From an uncultured Syntrophomonadaceae bacterium (GTDB lineage Bacteria > Bacillota > Dethiobacteria > DTU022), in the NCBI GenBank assembly GCA_964390725.1, contig CAYMIW010000008.1:13829-77828 (forward strand): a stretch of 64,000 nucleotides of DNA, given 5' to 3'. A model generated the notes under the pieces. That model searched no databases. It saw nothing but the letters and a program-made list of their open reading frames with translations, and was not told the DNA's origin. Both the position numbers and the translations under genes were made by a program. Positions 19,976 through 29,409 of the stretch are shown here, one piece after another (the first letter of the stretch is position 1; every line of letters starts with the position of its first letter).

Positions 19976-20152
19976 CTATTGCACTTTTACAGCTTCCCGA
20001 TTATTATAATAACCGCAATTCAAACATACCCGGTGGGTTGGCTTCAGTTCATGACACTGCGGACAAGGAACCAGTCTGGGTACAGATAGTTTATTTTGAG
20101 CCCTTCTCATATTCCGCTTAGACTTTGAAGTTCTTCTCTTGGGTACTGCCAC
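19976..20152 (-). CDS. rpmF: 50S ribosomal protein L32 (58 aa, GTG start). Absent from the ORF track because it is under 60 aa.
   Basis: Manual translation: VAVPKRRTSKSKRNMRRAQNKLSVPRLVPCPQCHELKPTHRVCLNCGYYNNREAVKVQ*. AAGGAGGGG RBS. Conserved position between yceD and plsX. Confidence 0.9.
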   Translation of the reverse strand: MAVPKRRTSKSKRNMRRAQNKLSVPRLVPCPQCHELKPTHRVCLNCGYYNNREAVKVQ

Positions 20153-20174
20153 AATTACCCCTCCTTAATCATAT

Positions 20175-20714
20175 TCAGCTACCTGAGCTAAACTCTTTTA
20201 ATTTTAGCAGCCTTGGATCTACTTTTCGATGATCAATATTGCACCTACAAGAACTGCGATTTAAATTTGTCCCACACTTCGGACAGAGCCCTTTACAATC
20301 CGGCATGCAGATCGGGCTGTAATCCTGAGCCAGAATAATCTGCTGGCGAATATATTCATCAAGGTATAAATAATCACCTTTAATTGTTAAACTGTTTGCC
20401 GCTTCAAAAGATAAATTATTTAAATCGTCACCACTGTCTACTTCGTGAGATAGAGTAAACGTCTCAGAAAATTCGGCTTTAATATTTTTTTGAAAAGAAT
20501 CCAGGCACCTCGAGCATTCGCAGCCATTTACTGCTTCAAGATTGCCCCTGATCACGATCTGATCACTGCTGTAAGAAGCCCTCAACTTTAACGAAAGGTT
20601 ACCACCCTGTGGAAAATCATCATAACAATCCCGCAGGTCCATATTAAACTGGTATTCTAGAGCTTCGCCTTTAGCTTTTTTTACTTCCGGTATATATATT
20701 CGCATCAGTTGCAC
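20175..20714 (-). CDS. yceD: YceD/DUF177 family protein
   Basis: 179 aa with the C-terminal CxxC...CxxC metal-binding arrangement. Conserved position upstream of rpmF. Confidence 0.85.
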   Translation of the reverse strand: MQLMRIYIPEVKKAKGEALEYQFNMDLRDCYDDFPQGGNLSLKLRASYSSDQIVIRGNLEAVNGCECSRCLDSFQKNIKAEFSETFTLSHEVDSGDDLNNLSFEAANSLTIKGDYLYLDEYIRQQIILAQDYSPICMPDCKGLCPKCGTNLNRSSCRCNIDHRKVDPRLLKLKEFSSGS

Positions 20715-20815
20715 CCCAAAAAAGCTAAAGTAATTATATAGACCATGAATTTCTTTGTCAACATGGGACCTAAAGCCAAGGAGACCTGTTGTTGGAGATG
20801 AAGCCCGGAGTAATC

Positions 20816-21232
20816 TTAGAAGGTAACTCCATCGATTCCTTCATCCACTACTCCAGATACTTCTGTAAATACAATCATAATGCGATTGGGAAGACAAACG
20901 ATACTTTCATAATCATAATTGATCCAGCCTGTGTGTGAACATATTGCGTTGGGGCACAGTTCTTCTCCCAGGGGTAGCATTCTAATTTTACCATCTTCTA
21001 TTTCTAGGCGAGCCGTATGCTGGTTATTATTCCCAAACTGAAAAGTATAGTCATATGATTCACCCGGCGCAAGTGAAATCTCCGCTACCTGTTTATTCTC
21101 CACATATATAGTGGCATATTTTCTTTCAGCAGCGTCGGCTTTCTGAATGTTAAACCAAAACCCTGAAATACCCCAGACAAATATTAAGGCAATAATTATA
21201 AAGTCTGCAATTTTAAATTTTAATTTTTCCAT
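20816..21232 (-). CDS. NusG domain II-containing (DUF1312) small membrane protein. Start moved to the internal MEKLKF.
   Basis: N-terminal TM helix, then a beta-rich domain with the CPNAICSHTGWI motif. GGGTGA RBS lies before the internal ATG at 21232. Confidence 0.6.
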   Translation of the reverse strand: MEKLKFKIADFIIIALIFVWGISGFWFNIQKADAAERKYATIYVENKQVAEISLAPGESYDYTFQFGNNNQHTARLEIEDGKIRMLPLGEELCPNAICSHTGWINYDYESIVCLPNRIMIVFTEVSGVVDEGIDGVTF

Positions 21233-21509
21233 TTTAATAGTCACCCAAAATTTATTATAACACATCATGAAATCAAACATTAGTCATTATTTATAATCGT
21301 TTATTTTATTAAGATTCCACCCTATTAAACCTTTAATACATAATTAAAACAAAATTTTATTGCACCAATATGATCCTGTATATTTTCATGCGTATTTCAC
21401 CCGTTTATATTACGAGTTTAGGCGAGATATGTTATGATAGCATAAGGAATTATATCTCAGTTTAAAACAAATAACACTTATAATTGCATCATTATGTGGA
21501 GGTGCTTCC

Positions 21510-22121
21510 GTGAGTTCTTCAGAACTTATCAGTAGTGAACAACAGGACCTGTTAAAAGAATTGGCTAATATAGGCGTGGGTAACGCTGTTACATCCCTTT
21601 CATCCATGCTCGGCGATCAGCCTATCGATATGGCTGTTCCAGTTGTTAAAGTAACGCCGCTGCAGGATGTGCCCGATTCATTCGGTGATCCCGAAAGTAC
21701 TGTAGCCGCATCTTTTTGTGAAGCAGATTGTCCGGCTCTCGGCCTTGTCCTGGTTTTTGTCTTACCCCTGGATGCAGCCGAAAATATGATAAACAAGATG
21801 CTCCCTGAAGGTGCCGATGATAGTGATGAAATGAAACGTTCAGTTTTGATGGAGCTGGGTAATATAATTACCGGTTCTTATTTGAGCGCCCTTTCTTTCA
21901 TGACGAATTTAACCTTTAACGCCTCTCCCCCGAGGCTGGGCATTGATATGGCCGGGGCAATCCTGGGTACAGTTATTGCTGAAACAAAAACTGTAGACGA
22001 TCAGATTATTCTTTTAAAAACCGAGCTTGCAATTGAAAGTGAAGGCATCCAGGGCAGCGTATTAATTCTGCCCGACAGCGGTTCCCTTGTTACATTATTT
22101 GAATATCTCGGGGCAATGTAA
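21510..22121 (+). CDS. CheC-like protein (CheC/CheX/FliY phosphatase family), stand-alone
   Basis: 203 aa with duplicated ELANIGVGNA...S / ELGNIITGS segments characteristic of CheC. GTG start is preceded by GGAGGTG. Confidence 0.7.
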   Translation: MSSSELISSEQQDLLKELANIGVGNAVTSLSSMLGDQPIDMAVPVVKVTPLQDVPDSFGDPESTVAASFCEADCPALGLVLVFVLPLDAAENMINKMLPEGADDSDEMKRSVLMELGNIITGSYLSALSFMTNLTFNASPPRLGIDMAGAILGTVIAETKTVDDQIILLKTELAIESEGIQGSVLILPDSGSLVTLFEYLGAM

Positions 22122-22235
22122 AAGAGGAAGCTAAAATATATTCGGTCCATTAGGACAATATTTGCATGACCCCTGAATCATCAATCCAGAATTATAACAG
22201 GCCTTCAATATGTTATAATCGGGGGAGATGATTTT

Positions 22236-25163
22236 TTGTTTAAAGTTAGTTTTAAGGAGGCATATGTAGCTTTGGCACAGAAAAAAACACCTTTTGATCA
22301 GCAAAAGGCAAATATAACTGATAACAATAAGAAAAAGAAAGAGAAAACCGCAAGGAAAAAACGTTCGGTTTGGAAAATTATTTTTTGGTCGCTCTTTATT
22401 CTCGTTATAGCTGTCGGTTCTGCTGTTGCAGTGATTGCATCAGGTTATATCAACGACGCTCCTGAACTGGACCCATCCCGTCTGGCAACGGTAGAAACTT
22501 CGTATCTCTATGATGTACACGGTAATGAGATTACAGCTCTTCATGAAGAACAAAACCGGATGGTGGTATCCCTGGACGAAATCCCTGTCCATGTCAGAAA
22601 TGCTTTTGTAGCAATCGAAGATGAACGTTTTTACAGTCATTTCGGTTTTGATATAATTGGGAGCATTAGGGCTGCCTTTGCCAACCTGCAAGCCGGTTCT
22701 ATTGTTCAGGGGGCAAGTACGTTGACCCAACAGTTAGCTCAGAGTGCTTTTTTAACTACCGAAACAAGTTACGAACGAAAAGTTCAGGAAATATGGCTCG
22801 CTATTCAAATGGAAAGAATTTATTCCAAGGAAGAAATAATGGAGCTGTATTTAAACAGGATGTATTTCGGTAACGGCGCTTATGGAGTTGAAGCTGCAGC
22901 TCAAACATACTTTAATAAAAGCGTTGGTGATCTTACCACCGCTGAAGGAGCAATGCTTGCAGCCGCTCTTCGCTATCCCAATTATTACAACCCTATTGAC
23001 AACAAAGTCGCTGCCGAAGAGAGAATGCAGCTGGTACTATCAAATATGCTTCGCCTGGAAATGATCAGCACTGAAGAATACAACCAGGCTGCTAACCAGA
23101 ATATAATTTATTCCAGCGCACCAAGCGAAGAATATCCTTACCCACATTATGTTGATTATGTAGTGCATCACGAACTGCTTAATATATTGAGTGACATGCC
23201 ATCTATCGGCTCGCGTGAAGAAGCCTACAGGGCAATTTATATGGGAGGTCTGAGAGTACACACAACTCTTGACCCATCGCTGCAGGAACATGTAGAAGAA
23301 GTAATGAACAGAACCGATCTGTACCCTACCACTATTTATGTTGATATGGACGCCACTAGAGAAGCAGTTGCAGATTTGCCCTCCCGCAGTGATCTGTCCA
23401 GCTCCCAGATAGAGGAATTAATCGATGAGGAAAACGGGGTTCCACAACCCCAGGCAGCAGTAGTTGTTGCAGACCCAACAACCGGGCAGATTAGAGCCCT
23501 TGGTGGTGGACGGGAATATCGGAAACGCTTTGATGAAATATTGCGGTTTAATATTCTTCGCCAGCCAGGATCAGCGATCAAACCGATTGTAACTTATGGT
23601 CCGGCCTTTGAAGAAGGAATACTTGCCGGGGCAGGCTCAACAATCGACGATTCGCCTTATATCAACCCTGCCGGAAACTGGTTCCCTGAAAACTTCGATT
23701 TTCAGTTCAGGGGTATGATTACAGCCAGGGAAGCTTTGTATATGTCCTACAACATTCCGGCAATCAGGACTCTTCAAGCACTTACTCCCAGGGTAGGAGC
23801 ATCTTACGCCCAGCGGATGGGCATTTCCACGCTGGATCCTGCTGAAGTTGACAACCTTAGTTTAACTCTCGGAGCGCTGACTTACGGGGTTAGTGCAATT
23901 GACATGGCCCAGGCATACAGTGTTCTGGCCAATGGAGGAGTAAAAATTGACCTGCATGCTATCGAAAAAATATTAGATCGCAGTGGGGAAGTTATTTATG
24001 AAAACCGGGTTGAGCCTGAACAGATCCTCAGTCCGCAGGCTGCCTTCCTGGTTAACGACATTCTTCAGGATTTTGTTACTAAATATTTAGGCCGGGCACT
24101 GCAGATTGACCGCCCGGTTGCTGCTAAAACCGGCACTACTGAAAACTGGAAAGATGTTTATCTTGTTGCATATACACCTAACCTGGTTGCTTCATTCTGG
24201 ATGGGTTATGATGAACCCAAAATGGGCAGGATCCAGCAGGGCTGGCGATATTCAACCGCATTTCTGCGCGAGGTTTTTCTGGAAGCCTTTGAAACCCTGG
24301 AAATTCAAAATTTTGAACGACCGGAAGGTATTGTGTCTGCCACAGTTTGCAGCAGATCCGGCTTGATACCAAATGAATCATGCCAGGCTGCCGGCACTGT
24401 CACAAGCGATTACTTTATTGCCGGTAATGTTCCAGTTGAAAGCTGTAATATGCACATTGGAAGTTTCTATAACCGGCCTCCTTTTATTACTACCGATGAA
24501 AGATGGTCCTCAAGGGGTGGCCCTGGAAGAGTTCCTGAAGACTCGAAAGAAATGCCTCCCGGCGGATTGACAGATATGTTTGAACAACATGGTGTTACAA
24601 CAAATGAATTTAGCCTTTTTAACGCTTTCGTTACTTCCGGCGGCATCACCCTGCAGTGGCAATACAACGGACCTGAAGTAGCCGGTTTTATACTATCCCG
24701 GAATATTCAGGGCCAGGAAGAAGGAAATTTTACAACCGAGCTTGATGCCAACACCAGGCAGTATAATGATAGTGACACTGAAACAGCCGGTTATTATTCG
24801 TATTCAATCGCTGCTGTTTACCCTGATGGACTAATTTCTGAAGCTGCAGCAATAACGGTTAGCAGCATGTCCATACCGGGAAGTGGTGGTGTTCTGCGCC
24901 CTGAAGATACAACTCCTGTTGTTCTGCCTGATTTTACCGGCACCTTTCAGGCCATTGCAGAAGGTGAATTATCTCGGTTAGGGTTACGAATAGGCCTGAT
25001 TGAAGAAGAGCATCATCCCGATATGCCCAGGAGAACTGTTATATCACAATATCCTCCCGGTGGAACCACTGTTCCAAAGGGCACTACTGTAAACCTGGTA
25101 GTCACTACCAGGCAGGAACCGGCACAAAACCCGGTCCAGGAGCCGGTAACTGATCAGGATTAA
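22236..25163 (+). CDS. Class A penicillin-binding protein (PBP1A family) with C-terminal fibronectin-III-like and PASTA domains
   Basis: Transglycosylase motifs (AFVAIEDERFYSHFG, a GASTLTQQ-like box). Transpeptidase SxxK, SxN and KTG motifs. The C-terminus carries ITLQWQYNGPEVAGFILSR...YSYSIAAVY and the PASTA-like PDFTGTFQAIAEGELSRLGLRIG...GTTVNLVV. Start codon is uncertain: TTG at 22236, or TTG 33 nt downstream after AAGGAGG. Confidence 0.85.
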   Translation: MFKVSFKEAYVALAQKKTPFDQQKANITDNNKKKKEKTARKKRSVWKIIFWSLFILVIAVGSAVAVIASGYINDAPELDPSRLATVETSYLYDVHGNEITALHEEQNRMVVSLDEIPVHVRNAFVAIEDERFYSHFGFDIIGSIRAAFANLQAGSIVQGASTLTQQLAQSAFLTTETSYERKVQEIWLAIQMERIYSKEEIMELYLNRMYFGNGAYGVEAAAQTYFNKSVGDLTTAEGAMLAAALRYPNYYNPIDNKVAAEERMQLVLSNMLRLEMISTEEYNQAANQNIIYSSAPSEEYPYPHYVDYVVHHELLNILSDMPSIGSREEAYRAIYMGGLRVHTTLDPSLQEHVEEVMNRTDLYPTTIYVDMDATREAVADLPSRSDLSSSQIEELIDEENGVPQPQAAVVVADPTTGQIRALGGGREYRKRFDEILRFNILRQPGSAIKPIVTYGPAFEEGILAGAGSTIDDSPYINPAGNWFPENFDFQFRGMITAREALYMSYNIPAIRTLQALTPRVGASYAQRMGISTLDPAEVDNLSLTLGALTYGVSAIDMAQAYSVLANGGVKIDLHAIEKILDRSGEVIYENRVEPEQILSPQAAFLVNDILQDFVTKYLGRALQIDRPVAAKTGTTENWKDVYLVAYTPNLVASFWMGYDEPKMGRIQQGWRYSTAFLREVFLEAFETLEIQNFERPEGIVSATVCSRSGLIPNESCQAAGTVTSDYFIAGNVPVESCNMHIGSFYNRPPFITTDERWSSRGGPGRVPEDSKEMPPGGLTDMFEQHGVTTNEFSLFNAFVTSGGITLQWQYNGPEVAGFILSRNIQGQEEGNFTTELDANTRQYNDSDTETAGYYSYSIAAVYPDGLISEAAAITVSSMSIPGSGGVLRPEDTTPVVLPDFTGTFQAIAEGELSRLGLRIGLIEEEHHPDMPRRTVISQYPPGGTTVPKGTTVNLVVTTRQEPAQNPVQEPVTDQD

Positions 25164-25181
25164 CAATCGGCTAAAAAAACA

Positions 25182-25466
25182 TTAAGCGGGGAGTCCCCAT
25201 AGTAATTCGTTGCTATTTTGCCTTTTATACCGGTATTTTTCGGGCAGGGAAAATAGAGTCTGGGAGATGCGGGTATATGGCTGCTGAATAGTGGTACAGC
25301 TGTAGCCAAACAGTGTCTCCCCCTCTTTTTCAAGCTGGCGCCATAAATGAGGGTATTCCATTTTCAACTCCTCTGCAACCTGTGCTGTAGTTTTATATAT
25401 ACCCGGTTCAAGTAAACTGACTACAGCCTGTTCCAAAGTTTGCCTATCCAAAATATTTACCTCCAA
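25182..25466 (-). CDS. Hypothetical 94-aa protein directly downstream of mutS2
   Basis: ORF only. It lies 12 nt after the mutS2 stop on the same strand. No family recognised. Confidence 0.4.
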   Translation of the reverse strand: MEVNILDRQTLEQAVVSLLEPGIYKTTAQVAEELKMEYPHLWRQLEKEGETLFGYSCTTIQQPYTRISQTLFSLPEKYRYKRQNSNELLWGLPA

Positions 25467-25477
25467 TGGCCGGCAAT

Positions 25478-27928
25478 TTAACTTTTAAGTTCCACTACAG
25501 TAACCCCATCTCCACCTTCAGCAGAGTTTCCATTGCGCATACTCTTGATCAGGTGGTGTTCCTTAAGGTATTTTCGAAGCCCTTCTTTTAGTTTACCGGT
25601 GCCTTTACCGTGAATAATATCAACCCGGTGAAGGCCTGCCCATAGGGCGTTGTCGAGTAACTTGTCTACAAGTGGCTGAGCCTCGTCCAGATTTGAGCCA
25701 CGCAAGTCTATGGAGCTGCTTATGCTTAAATCTTTGGTGACACTATACCCGCCTGAAACTGAATCCTTAAACTGGTTTTTCTCGTTATTTTTATTTTGCT
25801 CAACACGCAAATCGGACAGGGGCAGGAGCACTTTCATCATTCCAATCTGAACCTGTGCTTCTTCATTATTAACTGTAACAACTTCACCTCTTTGACGAAG
25901 TGAACAAACATATACAGGATCTCCCACTTTGAGGTCAACAGCCAGTGGAGATTCTCCTTCAAAATGTTCTTCATCACCATAACCAATTTCTTCTTTAACT
26001 GAATTAAGATTACGACGGATCTCCTCAAGCCGCGATGCCGGTTTATTATCACTGCTGTTTTTAATTGCCTTTAATTCACGTATCAGCTGGTCAGTCCTAT
26101 TTTTTGTCTTTTTTATTAATTCACGCGCTTCTTCTCTTGCCTCTTTCAGAATATCATCACGCCTTGAACGCAGCAGTTCTTTTTCTTTCTCAAGTTCAGC
26201 CATCATTTGCTCCGCCTTGCTTCTATCCAGAGCCGCCTGGTTACTGTCACGGTGATAACGCTGTTGATCTTCTACCAGGCTGGCGATAACCGCTTCAACC
26301 TGGTCATGTGAACGATGAACAAAGTTTTTTGCTTTTTTCATAACTTCTGGCGGTAAACCTAATTTATCGGCTATGTAAAAAGCATTACTCTGCCCGGGTA
26401 TTCCCTGGAGCAACCTGTATGTGGGGGTAAGCGTATGGGGGTCAAACTCCATTGCAGCGTTCTGCATCTGCCTGCGCACCTGGGCAAAAAGCTTTAACTC
26501 ATTTATGTGAGTTGTTGCAACAGTCATCGCCCCGCAGTTGGTTAAAAATTCAAGAATTGCCATAGCCAGGGCTGAACCTTCTGAGGGATCTGTTCCTGCA
26601 CCCAATTCATCAAGCAATATAAGAGAGTGCGGTCCGGATTCTGCCATTATTTCAATGATATTTTTCATGTGCCCTGAAAAAGTGCTCAACGATTGAGCAA
26701 TACTTTGTTCGTCCCCTATATCAACCCGAATGAGGTTAAAAACTGACATTCGTGTTCCCGGTTCAGCAGGAAGTTGTAGCCCACTCTGGGCCATCACTGC
26801 CATAAGGCCGATTGTTTTTAAAGACACCGTTTTACCCCCTGTGTTAGGCCCGGTAATCACCAGGGTTCGGACAGGGTTACCCCACTCGGCCGTCAGCGGC
26901 ACTTTCTCTCCTTCAATAAAAGGATGCCTGGCTTTATTCAAAAATATTTTTGTCTCTTCCCCGGGAATTAATTCCGGCTCATTACAACCACTGTTAAGAC
27001 TGTAACCTCCCCTGGAAAGAATAAAATCCAACTCCCCATACAGTGACCTGTTTTGAAACAACTCCTGGGCTATATCAGCAATTATACTGCTCAACTTATA
27101 AAGAATGCGTTCTAATTCTTGTTCTTCATAACGTTTTACTCCCGCCAGCTCATTCTGCATCTGAACCACCGGTAAGGGTTCTATAAACAAGGTAGCACCG
27201 CTGGAAGACTGATCATGCACAATTCCTTTCATCTGCTGCCTGTATTCCTGTTTTACAGGCAGAACAAATCTTTCTCCTCTGATTGTTACTAACGGTTCCT
27301 GCAGATATTTCCTGGTATTGGAACCGCGGATATAGTCATCCAACCTTTCACGTATTCTATTTTGCAATGACTGGCTTTGCCTGCGTAATGACTGCAGCCT
27401 CTCGGAAGCTGAATCAAGGACTCTCCCTTCTTCATCTATTGATCTGTTCATTTCTGCACTGGCTTCATAACAGGGAGCAATCAAACCAGCCAGACCAGCC
27501 ATCAGCGGATACAAGGAAGCCTGTTCACTGTCATTGAAAAATTTCAACCAGCGGTTAGAAGCTTTTATAAAATGATTCACTGCTGCAACTTCCTGGCCCG
27601 AAAGAACGGCTCCTTTGCAGGCCCTGCTTACATTAGTCTCAATATCTTCAACTGCAGTAGGAGAAAAAGCATTTCTACGGCGCAGTAGTTTACCTTCCGC
27701 TGTTTCCTGTTGCAACTTAACTACCTGTTTGTAATCTGCGGAAGGTAACAGTTTGTTCGCCATTAAAGCCCCCATCGGGCTGACAGTAAACGCAACCAAA
27801 TCCTTCCTGATTTTCTCGAATTCAAGTACTTTTATTTCACGATCCCTGACAACTTCTGTCAAACTTTCATCTCCTCGACACATATTGGCTGCCGCTAATA
27901 TAGAAACGATACATTTTTTCAATTCCAA
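25478..27928 (-). CDS. mutS2: Endonuclease MutS2
   Basis: Walker A GPNTGGKTV and MutS domains. C-terminal Smr domain (DLRGSNLDEA...VDIIHGKGTG). The true start is probably internal, because the N-terminus overlaps mpg by 62 nt. Confidence 0.9.
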   Translation of the reverse strand: MELKKCIVSILAAANMCRGDESLTEVVRDREIKVLEFEKIRKDLVAFTVSPMGALMANKLLPSADYKQVVKLQQETAEGKLLRRRNAFSPTAVEDIETNVSRACKGAVLSGQEVAAVNHFIKASNRWLKFFNDSEQASLYPLMAGLAGLIAPCYEASAEMNRSIDEEGRVLDSASERLQSLRRQSQSLQNRIRERLDDYIRGSNTRKYLQEPLVTIRGERFVLPVKQEYRQQMKGIVHDQSSSGATLFIEPLPVVQMQNELAGVKRYEEQELERILYKLSSIIADIAQELFQNRSLYGELDFILSRGGYSLNSGCNEPELIPGEETKIFLNKARHPFIEGEKVPLTAEWGNPVRTLVITGPNTGGKTVSLKTIGLMAVMAQSGLQLPAEPGTRMSVFNLIRVDIGDEQSIAQSLSTFSGHMKNIIEIMAESGPHSLILLDELGAGTDPSEGSALAMAILEFLTNCGAMTVATTHINELKLFAQVRRQMQNAAMEFDPHTLTPTYRLLQGIPGQSNAFYIADKLGLPPEVMKKAKNFVHRSHDQVEAVIASLVEDQQRYHRDSNQAALDRSKAEQMMAELEKEKELLRSRRDDILKEAREEARELIKKTKNRTDQLIRELKAIKNSSDNKPASRLEEIRRNLNSVKEEIGYGDEEHFEGESPLAVDLKVGDPVYVCSLRQRGEVVTVNNEEAQVQIGMMKVLLPLSDLRVEQNKNNEKNQFKDSVSGGYSVTKDLSISSSIDLRGSNLDEAQPLVDKLLDNALWAGLHRVDIIHGKGTGKLKEGLRKYLKEHHLIKSMRNGNSAEGGDGVTVVELKS

Positions 27929-28469
27929 CTGAAATACCTATTCTTGTTGCAGCCGTTATTTCTAACTCGCCCCGCTGACTATTTTCGTCCAGGTAAAGTG
28001 GCTTGCAGTTTAAATCATGACCGTCATACTTTTTATCAATTCCAAAAGCTATACACAGTTTACCAGGACCATTTGCCAGGTTAAGCTGCTCATATTTTGG
28101 CCCCCTGTTCTGTTTCATTATATTCAATCCCGATGTCGGTTCAACTGCCCGGATCAATACTGCCTCGCCGGTACCAATCGGCCTTGTGACAACATTAAAA
28201 CAGTAATAGTTCCCATAAATAAAATAGACATAAGCCATTCCAGCCGGTCCGAACATGGTTTCATTACGCCTGGTCTTTCCAGATGCGGCATGGCAGGCAG
28301 GATCACCCCTGCTCAGATAAGCTTCTGTTTCAACAATTATACCAGATACCAATCCTGCAGGTGTTTGATGACAAAGATAATGGCCAAGGAGTCCCCTGGC
28401 CACTTCGACTGTATGCATCTCTTTAAAAAGGTCGGAAAAAAAAGGCACAGTTTCTCCTTTCTTCACCAC
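27867..28469 (-). CDS. mpg: DNA-3-methyladenine glycosylase (Mpg/AAG family)
   Basis: 200 aa. GIIVETEAYLSRGDPACHA...GMAYVYFIYGNYYCFNVV matches the Mpg family. Confidence 0.85.
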   Translation of the reverse strand: MVKKGETVPFFSDLFKEMHTVEVARGLLGHYLCHQTPAGLVSGIIVETEAYLSRGDPACHAASGKTRRNETMFGPAGMAYVYFIYGNYYCFNVVTRPIGTGEAVLIRAVEPTSGLNIMKQNRGPKYEQLNLANGPGKLCIAFGIDKKYDGHDLNCKPLYLDENSQRGELEITAATRIGISVGIEKMYRFYISGSQYVSRR

Positions 28470-28493
28470 GGGGCCCTAAGAAACCCAGACGAT

Positions 28494-29063
28494 TTACAGC
28501 TTCATATTTATATAATAATTCATTATGAGTTCTTTAACCGTCTCAGCCAAAGGTGTTAAATAAAATTTTGTGAAAAAGGCTACCTCGGATCCTTCCAAAA
28601 CTTCCATAAATGACTGAAACGGAACCAGGTCAACTGCAGCAATTATTATATATACGAATACAACTCCGATCAGGGCACCCATTAAGGCACCCCCGAGGCG
28701 GTTTAAAAAGCCTACTACTGGTATTTTGTTAATCCATCTGAAACCCCTGGAAAAAAAACGAAAAACAACACTTAACACCAAGAGAAAAATAAGGAACAAT
28801 ATTACACCCGCAACAAGCTGAGGGACTTTTTCCATGGCGATTTCCAGACCCAGACTCTGGATTAAATCATGGTGAGGAATAATATCTTCAGGATTAATCA
28901 ACACAGCCAGCTGCTCACTGAAAAAGCGGCTGCCCCAAAAAGAAAGCAAAACAACTAGAAAAAACCCCATAATATCAAATAGCTGTTTAACCATGCCCCG
29001 CGAATAACCGCTAACCAGGTGAAATAAAAAAACAACAACCAGCAAAACATCAAACCAGTTCAT
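28494..29063 (-). CDS. cvpA: CvpA-family membrane protein
   Basis: MNWFDVLLVVVFLFHLVSGYSRG N-terminus and 4 TM helices. Confidence 0.8.
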   Translation of the reverse strand: MNWFDVLLVVVFLFHLVSGYSRGMVKQLFDIMGFFLVVLLSFWGSRFFSEQLAVLINPEDIIPHHDLIQSLGLEIAMEKVPQLVAGVILFLIFLLVLSVVFRFFSRGFRWINKIPVVGFLNRLGGALMGALIGVVFVYIIIAAVDLVPFQSFMEVLEGSEVAFFTKFYLTPLAETVKELIMNYYINMKL

Positions 29064-29325
29064 TATCTTTTTCCCGCTCTCTTACCTCATCTGTTTCCAA
29101 AGCTTTTTCCGGTTTTATTTTAAACAGCTCATCAGCAAGATTTAAGGCTGCCAGCACAGCTATTTTATGCCTGCTCATCTGAATGTTATTCTCAGCAAGG
29201 GTTCTCATTAACTGGTCGACATAACGACCTACCTGGTGCATTTTTTCCGGTGATGAGGAGCCTCTGAGGATATATTCTTCACCCATAATAGTTATGGTAA
29301 CCCTACTTTTATCCTGATCTTCCAT
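29050..29325 (-). CDS. zapA: Cell division protein ZapA
   Basis: 91 aa. VTITIMGEEYILRGSSSPEKMHQVGRYVDQLM matches ZapA. Confidence 0.85.
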   Translation of the reverse strand: MEDQDKSRVTITIMGEEYILRGSSSPEKMHQVGRYVDQLMRTLAENNIQMSRHKIAVLAALNLADELFKIKPEKALETDEVREREKDNELV

Positions 29326-29409
29326 TAGCTTCGCTCACTTCCTCCTGGATAGAAAGCTTTAACTGCCTGGGTAAGTTGTTCGCGACTTATAGCTTATTAT
29401 CCTGCTTGT

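Noticed and set aside
28017-28559. 180-aa plus-strand ORF antisense to mpg
   Set aside because: It lies within a conserved glycosylase gene and is Cys/Arg-rich junk translation.
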